From: an uncultured Gemmatimonadales bacterium
Lineage (GTDB): Bacteria > Gemmatimonadota > Gemmatimonadetes > Longimicrobiales > RSA9
NCBI GenBank assembly: GCA_963816355.1
Contig: CAWFKH010000003.1
Location: 896,001-960,000, forward strand
Length of the DNA stretch: 64,000 bases
Direction: 5' to 3'
Shown here: piece by piece, positions 60,600 to 64,000 of the stretch
How the letters are laid out: each line of letters opens with the position of its first letter
How positions within the stretch are numbered: position 1 is the stretch's first letter
Made by a program: the position numbers and the translations under genes
Notes under the pieces: model-generated
Database searches by the model: none
Seen by the model: only the letters and a program-made list of their open reading frames with translations
What the model was told of the DNA's origin: nothing

Positions 60600-60623
60600 G
60601 ATCGCGTTGGCTCGCGGCGGGGT

Positions 60624-60661
60624 ATGAAGGCCTCTTCATCTCCACTTCATGATCGCTTCAC
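60624..60661 (+). promoter_or_regulatory. 38-nt response-regulator box, copy C (faces the response regulator)
   Basis: ATGAAGgcctCTTCATctccACTTCATGatcgcTTCAC. Confidence 0.75.
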
Positions 60662-60723
60662 GGCCCGCACGCGACATTGCGGGCGTCCCCCCGGCGCGGG
60701 CGGAAGACACACGGAGGTCGACG

Positions 60724-61404
60724 ATGCGCCTGCTCGTGATCGAGGACGATCGCAAGGTCGGGAGCTTTCTGCAGCGCGGGCTGCGGGAGGACGGCTACGA
60801 GGTGGACCTCGCCGCCGACGGTGCGGAAGGCGCCCTCGATGCGCACGTATACGACTACGACGCGCTCCTGGTGGATGTGATGCTGCCAGGCAAGAACGGC
60901 TACGAGATCGTCCGTGAGTTGCGCAGCAGCGGCAGCACGGTGCCGATCCTGATGCTCACGGCGCGCGACGCGACGGAGGACATCGTGCGCGGGCTGGACG
61001 CGGGTGCGGACGACTACGTGACGAAGCCGTTCAGCCTCGACGAGTTGCTGGCGCGCGTACGCGCGCTGGTGCGGCGGGGCGGCGCGGCGCGGCTGACGCG
61101 GCTCGTCTACCGGGAGCTGGAGATGGACCGCGTCGCGCACGCGGCGAGGCGCGGCGGCGAGGCGCTGGACCTGACGGCGAAGGAGTTCGAGCTTCTCGAG
61201 TACTTCCTGCTGCACCCGGAGGAAGTGATCCGCAGGACCGAGCTGCTCGAGAAGGTGTGGGACCTGTCGTTCGATCCGATGTCGAACGTCGTGGACGTGC
61301 ACATCGCGAACCTGCGGCGCAAGCTCAGGGAAGGGGACCGTTCGCCGCTGATCCACACGGTGCGCGGCGTGGGCTACATCCTGCGCGAGGACGCCGTGGC
61401 GTGA
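60724..61404 (+). CDS. OmpR-family response regulator (CusR/CopR-like)
   Basis: IEDD, DVMLPG, LTARD, GADDY.TKPF, SNVVDVHI..LR.K, IHTVRGVGY. Confidence 0.95.
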   Translation: MRLLVIEDDRKVGSFLQRGLREDGYEVDLAADGAEGALDAHVYDYDALLVDVMLPGKNGYEIVRELRSSGSTVPILMLTARDATEDIVRGLDAGADDYVTKPFSLDELLARVRALVRRGGAARLTRLVYRELEMDRVAHAARRGGEALDLTAKEFELLEYFLLHPEEVIRRTELLEKVWDLSFDPMSNVVDVHIANLRRKLREGDRSPLIHTVRGVGYILREDAVA

Positions 61405-62843
61405 TCCGCACCTTCCGCTTTCAGCTCGCGGCGCGGGTGGCCGCCACGGTGACGGTCGGTCTCGCGGCGATCGGCACGCTGAGCTACGCGGCGATGCGCA
61501 GCTCGCTGGACCGCCAGATCGACGCGAGCCTGATCAACATCGCCTCCATCCAGGCCGCCTCGGTAACCTCGGCGCCGTCGGGCGGGATGGCGTTCCACGA
61601 GTGGGCGCTGACGCCGGACGAAGCGGCGTCCGTGCTGGACCTGAACCGCTACGCGCAGGTGTGGACCTCCGATGGCCGGAGCCTGCTGCGCACCCGCTAC
61701 CTCACGCGGGACCTGCCGCTGGATCGGGTCGCGCTGAGACGAGCCGGCACCGGCCGGCTGGTGTGGAAGGAACAGCGCCTCGGCGCCATCCCGGTCCGAT
61801 CGCTCTATTATCCGCTCGTCCGCCTCGGCCCGGCGCACCTCCACCACGTGCTTCAGGTCGCGGCCCCGCTGGTGTCCCGCAACGCCACGCTGCGACGTCT
61901 CTCGCTGCTCCTCCTCGCGCTGATCGTGCTCGCCGGCGTCGGCACGTTCGCCGGAAGCTGGTGGCTCGCCGCTCGGGTCGTCCGCCCGGTGGACGAGATC
62001 ATCGACCAGACCGAGGAGATCGGCGCCCACACCCTCGGCCGGCGCATCCACGCCCGGGCGGACACGCAGGAGTACCAGCGGCTGGTGCAGGTGCTGAACA
62101 CGATGCTCGAGCGCCTCGACCAGGCCTTCGAGGCGCAACGGCGCTTCACCGCCGACGCGAGCCACGAGCTGCGTTCGCCGCTCACCGCGCTCCAGGGCGA
62201 GCTGGAGCTCGCCCTCCGTCGCGAGCGCTCCCCCGACGAGTACCGCCGCGTCATCGCGAGTGGCCTCGAGGAGGCCCAGCGACTCGCACGCACCGCCGGG
62301 GACCTGCTCACGCTGGCCCGCGCCGACGCCGGCGTGCTCCGGCCGCACCTGCGCGAAGGGGACCTCGCCGCCGTCGTGCGGCGGACCTGCGAGCGGCTGC
62401 GCGGCCGCGCCGAGGCCAAGCACCTCTGCCTCGATTTCCGCGACGAGGGAGCGCCGCCGGTGCCGCTCGATCCCGAGCTGGTCTCGCGCCTGGCATACAA
62501 CGTCGTCGAGAACGCGGTGAAGTACACTCCGGCCGGCGGCGAAGTCCGGGTCGTGGTGCGGCCGAGCGAGGCGGGCGACGGCGCCGAGCTGCGCGTCGAG
62601 GACACCGGCCCGGGGCTGCCGGCGTCTCGCATCGATCGTCTCTTCGAGCGTTTCTTTCGGCTCGACGAGTCGCGCACGCCGGAAGCGGCGGCGGGCGGCA
62701 CCGGCCTCGGGCTCTCCATCGCGCAGGCGATCGCGCTCTCCCACTCCGGCGCCATCACCGCCGCCAACCTGCCCGCCGGCGGCGCCCTCTTCGTCGCCCG
62801 CTTCCCGGCCGCGGAGCACGTCGCTCCCGCGCGTCACGCGTGA
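61401..62843 (+). CDS. Sensor histidine kinase (CusS/CopS-like architecture)
   Basis: Two TM helices, HAMP, FTADASHELRSPL, NAVKYT, DTGPG, GTGLGL. Confidence 0.95.
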   Translation: MIRTFRFQLAARVAATVTVGLAAIGTLSYAAMRSSLDRQIDASLINIASIQAASVTSAPSGGMAFHEWALTPDEAASVLDLNRYAQVWTSDGRSLLRTRYLTRDLPLDRVALRRAGTGRLVWKEQRLGAIPVRSLYYPLVRLGPAHLHHVLQVAAPLVSRNATLRRLSLLLLALIVLAGVGTFAGSWWLAARVVRPVDEIIDQTEEIGAHTLGRRIHARADTQEYQRLVQVLNTMLERLDQAFEAQRRFTADASHELRSPLTALQGELELALRRERSPDEYRRVIASGLEEAQRLARTAGDLLTLARADAGVLRPHLREGDLAAVVRRTCERLRGRAEAKHLCLDFRDEGAPPVPLDPELVSRLAYNVVENAVKYTPAGGEVRVVVRPSEAGDGAELRVEDTGPGLPASRIDRLFERFFRLDESRTPEAAAGGTGLGLSIAQAIALSHSGAITAANLPAGGALFVARFPAAEHVAPARHA

Positions 62844-62846
62844 GCG

Positions 62847-64000
62847 CTACGGCCGCTCCGTCCGCTCCGGCCGCGGCCGCTCCGGCCCCGGGTCCTCCCG
62901 CGCCGCCTTCTTCAGGTACGGCACGCCCGCCGTCATCCACGCCGGCGCCGGCGCGCCCTTGAGGTAGTGGTCGAAGAACTGGAAGAAGCGCGTCGTGAAA
63001 TCCTTCCGGTTCCCCAGCTTGCTCAGGTGGTGGCCCTCCCCCGGGTACGCGAGCAGTATGGCGTTCTTCCCGTTGAAGCGGAGCGCGTTGTAGAACTTCA
63101 GGCTCTCGTTGAACGAGACGGTGGGGTCGGCGGTGCCGTGCAGGATGAGGAACGGCTGCCTCACCTCGGGGACGTGCGCCAGCGCGGACTCGTCGCGGTA
63201 CACGTCCGGCTTCTGCCATGGCGAGACGCCCCAGCGGCCCTGGCCGTAGATGTAGTACTGGTTGCCGTTCTCGCCCGAGCCGCCGCTCACCTGGTAGGAC
63301 CAGCCCCACTCCTGGCTGAAGTCGGTGTACAGGTCCGTCACCCCGGCGCCCTCGCCGACCGCCGCGAACAGCTTCGAGCGCGTGCCGATGTACGCGGCCC
63401 CTTCGCCTGCATAGCTATGGCCATGCAGCCCGATGCGCTCCGGGTCGGCGTACCCCAGCGCGATCACCTTTCGCGTCGCCGCCTCCACGCAGTCGAGCTG
63501 GTCGTCGTGCGACGAGCCGGTGTTGTAGTAGATGTCCGGCAGCATCACGATGTAGCCGCGGCTCACCGCCTCGATCGCCGGCCGACCCATGCTTACGAGC
63601 AGCTCCGGCATCGGGTAGCGGTCGAGGTTCTGCGAGTTCTTCTCGTAGAACGTGACGAGCATCGGCCGCTTCTCGCCGGGCTGGTAGTCGTCCGGCAGCC
63701 AGAGCATGCCCTGCAGCGCGTGGCCGCGGCGGTCCGTGAAGTCGAACAGCTTGCTGTGGCCCCACCGGTATTCCGCCTGCTGCGGATTCGAATCCGTGAT
63801 CCGCTTCGCCGTCGCGAAGTCCGGCCCCGAGACCCGCAGGTCCGGCGCCTCCGTGAACGTCTCGCGCGTGAACAGGAAGCGCTCGGCGTGCGCGGCCCTG
63901 TCCGGAACGCTGAACTGCGCGTCGTCGTAGACCACCTCGCTCAGCTTGCCGCCCGCGAGCCGATAGAATCCCGCCTTCTTCGTCAGCTCGCCGAACGCCG
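62847..64000 (-). CDS. S9 prolyl oligopeptidase-family serine peptidase, 3' part; starts beyond the window
   Basis: GHSYAG, LHGTADPTV, YPGEGH. Confidence 0.92.
   Translation of the reverse strand, partial: AFGELTKKAGFYRLAGGKLSEVVYDDAQFSVPDRAAHAERFLFTRETFTEAPDLRVSGPDFATAKRITDSNPQQAEYRWGHSKLFDFTDRRGHALQGMLWLPDDYQPGEKRPMLVTFYEKNSQNLDRYPMPELLVSMGRPAIEAVSRGYIVMLPDIYYNTGSSHDDQLDCVEAATRKVIALGYADPERIGLHGHSYAGEGAAYIGTRSKLFAAVGEGAGVTDLYTDFSQEWGWSYQVSGGSGENGNQYYIYGQGRWGVSPWQKPDVYRDESALAHVPEVRQPFLILHGTADPTVSFNESLKFYNALRFNGKNAILLAYPGEGHHLSKLGNRKDFTTRFFQFFDHYLKGAPAPAWMTAGVPYLKKAAREDPGPERPRPERTERP

Noticed and set aside
60544..60606. Possible mini CRISPR array
   Set aside because: Repeats are 17 nt with 1-4 nt between them; there are no spacers and no cas genes.

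Overview
GC-rich bacterial accessory region. The gene types (PadR plus duplicated ABC permease, SARP-TPR regulator, secreted beta-propellers) suggest Gemmatimonadota, which is an inference. I saw no rRNA, tRNA or CRISPR array. About 45 apparently intact cargo genes sit in short unrelated modules: peptidases and peptide transport, SulP, ClC, an NO/Fe-S stress cluster, a TonB receptor, a CheB-CheR kinase, an Xre/RES toxin-antitoxin pair, a copA plus cusCBA copper cluster and a two-component system. The most striking structure is what lies between the modules: the spacers contain 'ghost' gene pieces (msrQ, IS91-family transposase, KaiC-like ATPase, TonB receptors, RES, ABC permease, DUF2946-like leader). 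Two ghosts are slightly diverged copies of genes that are intact elsewhere in the window (pepT, TonB receptor). Three occur in permuted order, with the downstream piece before the upstream piece and, for two of them, intact cargo in between. This suggests a locus that accretes DNA through circles or tandem amplification and is then trimmed by deletions. A conserved 38-nt operator links copA, cusCBA and the distant response regulator into one predicted copper regulon.
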